Positions 56,533 to 64,000 of a DNA stretch of 64,000 bases are shown one piece after another; within the stretch, counting starts at the first letter, position 1, and every line of letters starts with the position of its first letter. The notes beneath the pieces were generated by a model. The model was given only the letters and a program-made list of their open reading frames with translations, had not been told where the DNA came from and did not search any database. Source of the stretch: an uncultured Planctomycetales bacterium (GTDB lineage Bacteria; Omnitrophota; Gorgyraeia; Gygaellales; Profunditerraquicolaceae). Location: positions 21,702 to 85,701 of the forward strand of contig CAZAPM010000006.1 in assembly GCA_964487475.1 (NCBI GenBank), read 5' to 3'. Both the position numbers and the translations under genes were made by a program.

Positions 56533-58263
56533 TTATCCGCGCAGCAGGAGGTTAAGTATTCCGCCCACGACCGTGCCGGTCACGATCATGATCAGCGTGG
56601 CCTTGACCAGCGCCTTCCACCCCAGCTCCTTGAGCATCACGGCAAACGTGGCGATGCAGGGGAAGGAGATCGCCAGCAGGGTCGCGGCGATGAACATCTG
56701 TTTGACCGTCAGCCCCAAAGGCACCAGCATGCCCGCGGCCACGTCCTTGCGCACAAAGCCGACCAGCAGCGCGATCACCGTTTCCTGCGGGAGCCCGAAA
56801 ACCCCCTTTACCAGGGGGGAGAAGATCGCGGAAAATAATCCCAGCAGGTTCGAATACAATAAAAGGTTAACCGCCAGCACGCCGGCGAGCACCACCGGCA
56901 CCGCTTCGATCACGAACCCTTTGATGCGCAGGAACATCTTCTTCGCCAGCATCCCCAGCGGAGGGAAACGGTAGGGCGGGATCTCCAGCAGAAGCTCCGG
57001 GCTCGGCCCTTTGACCGTACGGTTGAGGATCATCCCCAATACCAGCCATATCACGAACAGCACCAGATAGACCCCGGCCACGTACCATCCGGAATACCCC
57101 CCCAGCAGGGCGATGATCATCGCCTGCAGCGCCACGCAGGGCACGCCGATCGAGATCAGCGTCGAGGCGATGAACCTCTCCCGCGCCGATTCCAAAGACC
57201 GGGTCGCCAGGATCCCGGGGACGTTGCACCCGAAACCAAGCAGCACGGGGATGATAGCGAATCCGTGCAGGCCCAGCCGGTGCAGAAAACTGTCCAGCAC
57301 CAGCGCCAGGCGGGGCAGATAACCGATATCCTCCAGCAGGCTCAGGATCAGGTAAAAGGCGAACACATACGGGAGCACCATGGCGAATTCGATGTAGGGC
57401 GCGGTAGTCAACACTCCCATGGCCTGCTTGAAATCGATGGTTCCGTCGATAAGGTCCCCGATGAACACATGGTGCAGGAAACTCTCCGGCCCCAGGATAA
57501 GGCTGATGCGTTCGACAAATGGGCGGTAGAGATGCTCGAACACCGGATCGGCCACGTACTGGATCAGCCCCTCTCCGATCAGGCGCACCAGGGAGAACGC
57601 TGCGGAGATCACCACCGCACCCATCAGCAGCCCGCTAAAAGGCTTCACCGATGCATCCTCGATGATCTCGCGCAGGGTGTGATGGCGATGAGAAAGGACC
57701 TGCACCTGCTCGATGATCTCGCCGATCTGGCTCCAGCGCTCAACGTGCGTGGCCGGAGGCCGCGCCACGGCTACCGCGTCAGGCAGACGCTGCAAAAGGA
57801 ACTTGACCCCCGCGCCGGTCACCGCGCAGGTAGGGATCACCGGCACGCCTAAAAGCTGCTCCAGCTTCTTCTCGTCGATCTTAATGCCCCGGTGGATGGT
57901 GTCATCGCACATGTTCAGGCACACCAGCACCCGCACCCCCCGCTCCAGCAGCTGCAGCGTCAGATAGAGATTGCGCTCCAGGTTGGTGGCGTCGACGATG
58001 TCGATCACCAGGGACTCTTCCCGGGCCTGTTCGGTCAGGAGGGAAACCGCCACCTCCTCTGCCGCGGACGCGGCATCAAGGGAATAGGTGCCCGGCAGAT
58101 CGATCACCTCCACCGCACCGGCTGCGGATTCCAGGAAACCCTTGGCGATCTCCACGGTCGTGCCGGGATAATTGGAAGAGATCACCTGCACGCCGGTAAG
58201 GCGTGAAAAGACCACGCTTTTTCCGACATTGGGATTGCCTAACAGGAAGATCTTCTTAATCAT
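56533..58263 (-). CDS. feoB: Ferrous iron transporter B
   Basis: N-terminal G-domain GNPNVGKS followed by a polytopic permease. Start at the ATG at 58263. Confidence 0.9.
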   Translation of the reverse strand: MIKKIFLLGNPNVGKSVVFSRLTGVQVISSNYPGTTVEIAKGFLESAAGAVEVIDLPGTYSLDAASAAEEVAVSLLTEQAREESLVIDIVDATNLERNLYLTLQLLERGVRVLVCLNMCDDTIHRGIKIDEKKLEQLLGVPVIPTCAVTGAGVKFLLQRLPDAVAVARPPATHVERWSQIGEIIEQVQVLSHRHHTLREIIEDASVKPFSGLLMGAVVISAAFSLVRLIGEGLIQYVADPVFEHLYRPFVERISLILGPESFLHHVFIGDLIDGTIDFKQAMGVLTTAPYIEFAMVLPYVFAFYLILSLLEDIGYLPRLALVLDSFLHRLGLHGFAIIPVLLGFGCNVPGILATRSLESARERFIASTLISIGVPCVALQAMIIALLGGYSGWYVAGVYLVLFVIWLVLGMILNRTVKGPSPELLLEIPPYRFPPLGMLAKKMFLRIKGFVIEAVPVVLAGVLAVNLLLYSNLLGLFSAIFSPLVKGVFGLPQETVIALLVGFVRKDVAAGMLVPLGLTVKQMFIAATLLAISFPCIATFAVMLKELGWKALVKATLIMIVTGTVVGGILNLLLRG

Positions 58264-58492
58264 GCGGCTCAATGAATATCTTTTCCGCCATCTGGTGGCC
58301 GAGCGCGACGGTGGCCCGGGCAACCCGTATCGTCACCGGCCCCTGCATCGCGAACTGGCCGACTTTGGTCACTTCCCGGCCGATATGGATACCCATCCCC
58401 ATCAGCCGCTGCGTCAAGGCGCTTCCGCCGGAGATCTCGACGATCCGGCCGCGCCGGCCGGCCTTCAGATGCGCCAAGGACTGTTTTCTCAT
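58256..58492 (-). CDS. feoA: FeoA
   Basis: 78 aa SH3-like LAHLKAGRRGRIVEI. Overlaps feoB by 8 bp. Confidence 0.8.
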   Translation of the reverse strand: MRKQSLAHLKAGRRGRIVEISGGSALTQRLMGMGIHIGREVTKVGQFAMQGPVTIRVARATVALGHQMAEKIFIEPHD

Positions 58493-58526
58493 CGAATGTC
58501 CCGCTCCCCCCTGACGCACCATACCG

Positions 58527-58922
58527 TTATCCCTTTCCCCACACGCAGAACTTTCCCGGACCGGCAAGCGCCAGCGCCAGGCAGACCGCCGCGATCACGA
58601 ACACATACTCAAAACCGCCATTCTGCAGAAAAAACCCCTTGGAGACGTGCACCTTGAACCCGGCGATCACGATCAGCACAAAAAGCAGCGCCGAGGCAGT
58701 GCGCGTGCCCGCCCCCAGAAGCACCAGCAATCCTGCCAGCAGCTCGATGTACGCCGCCAGATACGCCCAGGCCCAGGCCGGAGAGAATCCCAGGGAAGCA
58801 CAGAACTGCGTAAATCCCTGCATCCCCGGTCCGCCGAAGGCGCCGAAGGCCTTCTGCATCCCGTGCGCCATGAACATCACCCCTAACCCCACCCTCAGGA
58901 CCAGCAGCGCCCAATCCGTCAT
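58527..58922 (-). CDS. DoxX-family membrane protein
   Basis: 131 aa with 4 TM segments and a DoxX pattern. Confidence 0.65.
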   Translation of the reverse strand: MTDWALLVLRVGLGVMFMAHGMQKAFGAFGGPGMQGFTQFCASLGFSPAWAWAYLAAYIELLAGLLVLLGAGTRTASALLFVLIVIAGFKVHVSKGFFLQNGGFEYVFVIAAVCLALALAGPGKFCVWGKG

Positions 58923-60046
58923 CTTCCACCTCCTGTACAAAGATCCCGTATCACTCTCCATCTATGCTTCAGACCGGCGGAACGAAAGATGCTCACGGCA
59001 TAATGCAACCCGAGGGGCAGCCATCCCCGCAGAGAAACACCCAGCACAATGCCGCAGGCGGTATTATCGGCGAGCGGAACGATGTACCCGGCGTCAAAAG
59101 GCACGTAGGGCGTAAGGCCCAACCCCTGTTGCAGCCGGGCACTGGAGCGGCCGGCAGACTCCCCCTGAGAAACCGCGAACTGTACCGCCATGCGCAAGGG
59201 CTCCCCCTTCCACATGGAGACGCCGGCATCACCCACGACGAAACAGCGCTCGTCGACCCGCAGCGTCCCGTCCACCTTGACCCGGCCCTGAGGATTCTTC
59301 CCGAAAGGCAACGATTGCACGCACTCGCCGGTCCTGACACCCGCAGCCCAGACCACCAGCGCGCGGGGGAACATCTTCCCGCTGGAAAGGAACGCCGTAT
59401 CTTCCTCCAGCTTCTCCAAAGACGCATTGGCCTCTACGGAGATGCGCCATCTGCGCAAGCGGCCGGCGACGTACTCCTTCATCCACTCCGGAAGCGGACC
59501 TAAGATCGACGGCTGACGTTCCACTACCGTAACCGGCATGTTGCGGCGGCTGCGGATCAATGCCCGCCTGATATTGGTCGCGATCTCGATACCGGTATAC
59601 CCGCCTCCCACCACCAGATAATGCTCATGACGGCCGGAGGAGACCGCCTCGGATAAGGCCGCGGCATCCGCGGCGCAATCCACCCTGAACGCCCGCTTGG
59701 CCACGGCATCATTACCGTAGAAATTGGTCTCGGTCCCCGTGGCCACCACCAGATAATCATAGGAGAATGCCTCGGCCCCGGCAAAGACCCGGCGCGCTGC
59801 CGTATCGATAGAGGTAACGCGGCGCCGCAGAAAAGCCGCGCCGCAGCGGCGGCACAAGCCGGAGATATCCGCGCTGACCGCACCCGAGGTCATCCCGCGG
59901 CCGACCATGTCGGGCAAAAGCGGCAGGAAATCCTGGGAAGGACGCTGATCAAGCACCGTGACCCGGCATTGCTTCGCCTCCCGGCGCAGCGCAGCGGCGC
60001 AGGCGATCCCCGCGAACCCTCCTCCGACCACAAGTACTTGTGTCAT
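58919..60046 (-). CDS. ndh: FAD-dependent pyridine nucleotide-disulfide oxidoreductase (NDH-2-like)
   Basis: VVGGGFAG and a second GGGYTG Rossmann motif. Confidence 0.7.
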   Translation of the reverse strand: MTQVLVVGGGFAGIACAAALRREAKQCRVTVLDQRPSQDFLPLLPDMVGRGMTSGAVSADISGLCRRCGAAFLRRRVTSIDTAARRVFAGAEAFSYDYLVVATGTETNFYGNDAVAKRAFRVDCAADAAALSEAVSSGRHEHYLVVGGGYTGIEIATNIRRALIRSRRNMPVTVVERQPSILGPLPEWMKEYVAGRLRRWRISVEANASLEKLEEDTAFLSSGKMFPRALVVWAAGVRTGECVQSLPFGKNPQGRVKVDGTLRVDERCFVVGDAGVSMWKGEPLRMAVQFAVSQGESAGRSSARLQQGLGLTPYVPFDAGYIVPLADNTACGIVLGVSLRGWLPLGLHYAVSIFRSAGLKHRWRVIRDLCTGGGR

Positions 60047-60093
60047 CTGTATTTTTGTTTGCGTTACAACTCACCCTATGGTAGCATAAACTC

Positions 60094-61134
60094 ATGTTGA
60101 AAGAAATAAAAAAGAGGCTGGAAAAAGAGCTCGTCCGCTACGTCTCCGAGATAGACGAACATTTCGGACTGCGCAACATCTCCCCCCTGCTTTTTTCCCG
60201 GATCCGCGAATTCGTGCTGCGCGAAGGCAAGCGTGTACGCCCCACCCTCTTTATAATCGGCTACCTGGGGTACTGCCGGCGCCCGGCCAAGGGCCTCTAC
60301 GCCAGCGCGCTTTCCCTGGAGCTCCTGCACGATTTCATGCTCGTGCATGACGATATCATCGACAAATCTGACCTGCGCCGGGGAAAACCCTCCCTGCACA
60401 AGCTTTTTGAAACCGCGCTCAAGCCCCATCCGGAAGCCAAATTCAACGGCCAGGACCTGGCGATCGTGGCCGGGGATGTGATGTACGCCATGGCGCTGCA
60501 CACCTTCCTGCGCATCGAGGAGCCTGCCGCCCGCAAAGAAGCCGCCTTCAAGAAACTCATCGAAGCGGCGATGTACACGGGCAGCGGGGAATTCATCGAA
60601 TTGATGTACGGGGTCCGCTCCCTGGAGCAGCTCAGTCTCGAGGATATCTACCGGGTCTACGATTATAAGACCGCGTATTATACCTTCGCCTATCCGCTGA
60701 CCATGGGAGCCACCTTAGGGGGCGCCTCTCCCAAAGAGATCGGGCGGCTGTTCAAATACGGGGTCTATCTGGGCCGGGCGTTCCAGATCAAGGATGATAT
60801 CATCGGGCTCTTCTCCGATGAGAAGGAGATCGGAAAGTCGAACCTGACCGATCTGCAGGAAGCGAAGAACACCGCGCTGGTATGGCACGCGCATGCCGGC
60901 GGGACTGCCCGTCAAAGAAAGCAGCTTAAGGATATCCTGCGCAAAGCGCATGCGGACCGCAAAGACCTGGAGCTGATGCAGGAACTTATCCGCGCGACCG
61001 GCTCCCTGGAGGCGAACAAGAAGGAGATCGCGCTCCTTATCGAGAAAGCGCAGACGATCGCCGACCGCCTCACCCTCTCCCCGCGGACAAAAGCGTTCCT
61101 CCGCGACTATCCCCGCGAGATCCTCTCCGTCTAG
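60094..61134 (+). CDS. crtE: Polyprenyl (geranylgeranyl) diphosphate synthase
   Basis: First DDxxD (LVHDDIID) and a second Asp-rich motif (KDDIIG). Confidence 0.8.
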   Translation: MLKEIKKRLEKELVRYVSEIDEHFGLRNISPLLFSRIREFVLREGKRVRPTLFIIGYLGYCRRPAKGLYASALSLELLHDFMLVHDDIIDKSDLRRGKPSLHKLFETALKPHPEAKFNGQDLAIVAGDVMYAMALHTFLRIEEPAARKEAAFKKLIEAAMYTGSGEFIELMYGVRSLEQLSLEDIYRVYDYKTAYYTFAYPLTMGATLGGASPKEIGRLFKYGVYLGRAFQIKDDIIGLFSDEKEIGKSNLTDLQEAKNTALVWHAHAGGTARQRKQLKDILRKAHADRKDLELMQELIRATGSLEANKKEIALLIEKAQTIADRLTLSPRTKAFLRDYPREILSV

Positions 61135-62012
61135 GGACAGATGAACCGGCAGGTGCCGGTAGAGACATCCCTGGCCAGTTCGTTCTTGGGGTCTAACGCC
61201 AGCGCTTTTTCCATGCTCTTCGTTGCCCCGGCCGCATTACCCTTCTTCTTATACGCCTGAGAAAGCCGCACATACGCATCGGCGAAAAGAGGGTCCGCGG
61301 CCACCGCCTTTTCCAGATACTCGATCGCGTGATCAAGGTCCCCGCCGCCGAACTTAGGCGCCAGCAGGTAGAAGGATCCCAGGCCGAAGAGCACCGCGGG
61401 AGCCTCCGGCTGCAAACGCTGCGCCTTCTTCAGGGTAGAAAGCACCACCGAGCCGTTGGTCACTTTCGCCATCGGACCCCCGTAGTGCGCGAGCATCCCC
61501 TTGGCGCCGGAATACATGGAACAGGCCCGGACATAATTGGAAGTATCCACCTCTCCTTCCGGCCTGAACATCACCGCCCCGGCATGCTTCGCCGTAGCGG
61601 AAAAATCCCCCTGCATGAACGCGATGTAACCGCGGCTTAAGTGCGCCGGGTAGAACACCGGGTCCTTTGCCAGGATCTCGTCGAGCATCATACGGCTCTC
61701 CTCGAGCTCATGGGCGCGGCGCAGCACCTCGGCCTGCCCCCAGCGCGCCGCCGGCATATCGGGAGCCGCCCGGCTCACCCGCTCGAACACAGCCCGGGCG
61801 TCGTCGATACGGTACAGATACAGGAACGCCACCCCCGCCACATACGCCTCCTGCCAGGAGATCGCAGGATCACGCGCCGCCTGCCGGGCCTCCTCCAGGC
61901 TCATGCGCTCCGCCCGCTCATGCAGGGATTTCCATGACACGGGATCCGCCGCAAAAACCGGAACCGCCCACCACACCGCCAGTAACAAACCCGCGCACAA
62001 TCGGCGCATCAT
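61131..62012 (-). CDS. Secreted TPR-repeat protein
   Basis: Signal peptide (LLLAVWWAVPVFA) and TPR-like helices. Confidence 0.55.
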   Translation of the reverse strand: MMRRLCAGLLLAVWWAVPVFAADPVSWKSLHERAERMSLEEARQAARDPAISWQEAYVAGVAFLYLYRIDDARAVFERVSRAAPDMPAARWGQAEVLRRAHELEESRMMLDEILAKDPVFYPAHLSRGYIAFMQGDFSATAKHAGAVMFRPEGEVDTSNYVRACSMYSGAKGMLAHYGGPMAKVTNGSVVLSTLKKAQRLQPEAPAVLFGLGSFYLLAPKFGGGDLDHAIEYLEKAVAADPLFADAYVRLSQAYKKKGNAAGATKSMEKALALDPKNELARDVSTGTCRFICP

Positions 62013-62320
62013 CGTCCACCCCTTCCCGCGCTACGGCGCAATTTGGACTCCCAGAGCACGATCGTAGCCGTAACCATGGAAAATCCGAACACGAAATCCT
62101 CCAGCGGGATCGTTCCCGCGCGGACCCCCATATAGAACGCAGGGTCATACCTGACCACCTGCGCGCCGGTAAGATACCCGTTGACCAGCAGCTTGATCAT
62201 GCCCATCGCCGCCAGGAACCAGTAGAATTCCTTCCGGCGAAAGACCCCGGTACGGCAGCGGATCTCCAGCCACCATACCGCCAGCACGGAACACAACGCC
62301 AGCAGCGTATACTCCTTCAT
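62009..62320 (-). CDS. Lycopene cyclase domain protein (CrtYd-like half)
   Basis: 103 aa with a TM pattern. Start at the ATG at 62320, overlapping the upstream stop (ATGA). Confidence 0.6.
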   Translation of the reverse strand: MKEYTLLALCSVLAVWWLEIRCRTGVFRRKEFYWFLAAMGMIKLLVNGYLTGAQVVRYDPAFYMGVRAGTIPLEDFVFGFSMVTATIVLWESKLRRSAGRGGR

Positions 62321-62625
62321 CGCAACCTCCGGCGCAGATATACGATAACCTCCCAGCTGAAAATGCAGCAAAAAGGTATCACCAGGAAAAACAGCACCTC
62401 CTCCAGGGGGAGGTTGAACAGGCGCAGAGGCAGGACCATCCGGGGATCGAAACTCCAGTGCCCCCGCCAGGTCGCATACACGTCCCACGCCGTAAAGACC
62501 ACGGCCACCTGGGCCAGCGTCGCCGCTAATTCCCGGTAGTGCCTCCAGAATTTAAGGGACGGCCAGAAACTGAATGCCAGAGGGACCAGGACGCAATACA
62601 GCAAGACTCCCAGATATGCGCTCAT
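62317..62625 (-). CDS. Lycopene cyclase domain protein (CrtYc-like half)
   Basis: 102 aa. Start at the ATG at 62625. Confidence 0.6.
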   Translation of the reverse strand: MSAYLGVLLYCVLVPLAFSFWPSLKFWRHYRELAATLAQVAVVFTAWDVYATWRGHWSFDPRMVLPLRLFNLPLEEVLFFLVIPFCCIFSWEVIVYLRRRLR

Positions 62626-62654
62626 GGCCGTATTATAGCGCATAAAGTTTAACT

Positions 62655-62683
62655 TGTCAGCGCTAATGCTCCCGAGGTACAAT
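62655..62683 (+). promoter_or_regulatory. Sigma70 promoter of crtB-ispH
   Basis: TTGTCA - 17 bp - TACAAT. The ATG at 62690 is only 7 bp downstream, so the transcript is probably leaderless. Confidence 0.45.
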
Positions 62684-62689
62684 ATCGGC

Positions 62690-63562
62690 ATGCGTGAATA
62701 CGGATCCCCCCTCCTGCGAAGCGGTTTTGCCCAGGCCGAGGCCATCACCCGGCGGTACGCGCACACCTTCTACCTCTCTTCCCTCTTTTTGCCTGCGCCG
62801 GTCAGACGGGGAGCCTATGCCGTCTATGCGGTATGCCGGATCAGCGATGAAAGCGTCGACACCGGTTCAGAAGAGACACGACACCGGGCGCTGGATTCGA
62901 TCGGCAAAAATATCCAAGCCTGTTACGGGACGGGCGAGGTGCCCCCGCTTTTCGCGGCCTTCCGCGCCACGGTCAACGCGTACGGCATCCCGAAAGCGCT
63001 CTTCGATGAGCTCCTCGCCGGGATGGAGATGGACCTGCGCGTGACCCGCTACGAGACCTTTGCTCAACTGCAGCGGTACTGCTATCTGGTCGCGGGAACG
63101 GTCGGACTGATCATGCTGCGCCTCTTCCAGGTCGATGACGCGGCCGCGCAGGAGCCGGCCAAAGCGCTGGGAGAAGCCATGCAGCTGACGAATATCCTGC
63201 GGGACGTGCGGGAGGATCATCTGCGGGACAGGATCTACCTCCCCCGTGAAGACCTCCTCCGCTTCGGGGTCACGGAAGAGGATATCGCGCAGGGGCGATA
63301 CGATACCGACCGCTGGCGCGCATTGATGCGCGCCCTGATCGGCCGCGCCAGGGAACGCTACGCCCTGGCAGATACGGGACTCTCCCTCATCCGCGATCCG
63401 GACTGCCGCCGCGTGGTGCTCCTGATGCGCACGCTTTACGCCGCCATCCTGGAGGTGATCGAAGCGCGGCAGGGGGATGTCTTCACCCGCAGGGCAGTGG
63501 TATCGCTGCCCCGCAAACTCCGTCTTACCGCGCGTATCCTATTGAAAAGGAGCCTTCCATGA
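62690..63562 (+). CDS. crtB: Phytoene/squalene synthase
   Basis: YAVCRISDE (DxxxD-like) and a second Asp-rich motif (MQLTNILRDVREDHLRDR). Confidence 0.8.
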   Translation: MREYGSPLLRSGFAQAEAITRRYAHTFYLSSLFLPAPVRRGAYAVYAVCRISDESVDTGSEETRHRALDSIGKNIQACYGTGEVPPLFAAFRATVNAYGIPKALFDELLAGMEMDLRVTRYETFAQLQRYCYLVAGTVGLIMLRLFQVDDAAAQEPAKALGEAMQLTNILRDVREDHLRDRIYLPREDLLRFGVTEEDIAQGRYDTDRWRALMRALIGRARERYALADTGLSLIRDPDCRRVVLLMRTLYAAILEVIEARQGDVFTRRAVVSLPRKLRLTARILLKRSLP

Positions 63563-64000
63563 AGATCAACGTTGCCCGCTCCGCGGGTTTTTGTTTCGGC
63601 GTCAAACGGGCGATCAACATCGCGCTGGAGAACGCCCGCTCTACCCCCGGCCTGGAAATGCTGGGCGATATCGTGCACAACGAAGAAGTAGTGGCGCAGG
63701 TCGCCAAAGCCGGCATACGAAAGATATCCTCGCTGCGCCGCAGAGGCGACGGAAAGACCCTGCTCATCCGGGCGCACGGGGCTTCGCAGGCCACGGTCTC
63801 CAGAGCCAAAGCGCTGGGATACCGCATCATCGATGCCACCTGCCCCATGGTGCAGGAGATACACCGTACCGTCACCCGGCTGGAAGGTCAGGGGTACCGC
63901 ATCATCGTCATCGGGGATAAAAAACATGACGAAGTGATCGGGATCGTCGGCCAGCTGAAACATAAAGCCGTGGTCATCGATTCGAAAGAGGCGTTCAAGC
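63559..64000 (+). CDS. ispH: 4-hydroxy-3-methylbut-2-enyl diphosphate reductase (IspH/LytB), 5' partial
   Basis: MKINVARSAGFCFGVKRAI ... N-terminus. ATG overlaps the crtB stop (ATGA). AAAAGGAG RBS. The gene runs off the window. Confidence 0.85.
   Translation, partial: MKINVARSAGFCFGVKRAINIALENARSTPGLEMLGDIVHNEEVVAQVAKAGIRKISSLRRRGDGKTLLIRAHGASQATVSRAKALGYRIIDATCPMVQEIHRTVTRLEGQGYRIIVIGDKKHDEVIGIVGQLKHKAVVIDSKEAFK

Noticed and set aside
60047-60093. Divergent promoter elements between ndh and crtE
   Set aside because: The 47-bp gap is too short and too ambiguous to call -35/-10 boxes confidently.
1-64000. rRNA, tRNA, CRISPR, transposases, integrases, phage genes
   Set aside because: None were recognised. 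Intergenic gaps are short and coding density is high.

Overview
High-GC window from an anaerobic diderm bacterium; a TonB-dependent receptor is present. Coding is dense: about 73 CDSs, and positions 1-60046 are almost entirely minus-strand. The content is dominated by [FeFe]-hydrogenase biology. (1) A maturation operon: a TM1266-like regulator, a membrane protein, hydG, hydE, an aspartase-like gene, hydF, and a PilZ-domain gene. (2) A first trimeric hydrogenase operon: hydC, a small 2Fe-2S protein, hydB and hydA, with a Rex box in its promoter. (3) A second operon: rex, hydC2, hydB2, a hydA2 with a fused C-terminal thioredoxin-like domain, a PAS-containing sensory hydrogenase (HydS-type), and a PP2C phosphatase. 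Downstream lies a large oxygen/ROS/NO-defence and metal-homeostasis region: trxB, glutaredoxin, rubredoxin, KorAB, a flavodiiron protein, a Tpx-PCD fusion, ferritin, superoxide reductase, ahpC, perR, ldh, an Rrf2-hcp operon, copA and feoAB. An Fe-S/sulfur-transfer cluster (nfu, a larE-like gene, nifS) sits upstream of it. An orphan AmmeMemoRadiSam-type radical SAM gene sits next to a second MnmA-like PP-loop gene. A small carotenoid/isoprenoid cluster (crtE, split lycopene cyclase, crtB, ispH) ends the window. No rRNA, tRNA, CRISPR or obvious mobile element was seen. Items worth a second look: a short GC-rich palindromic repeat family embedded in-frame in two genes; a 5'UTR hairpin with a terminator; tiny ORFs with strong RBSs; and the HydS-PP2C sensing module, which lacks a partner kinase nearby. 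Coordinates taken from direct reading may be off by 1-2 bp.
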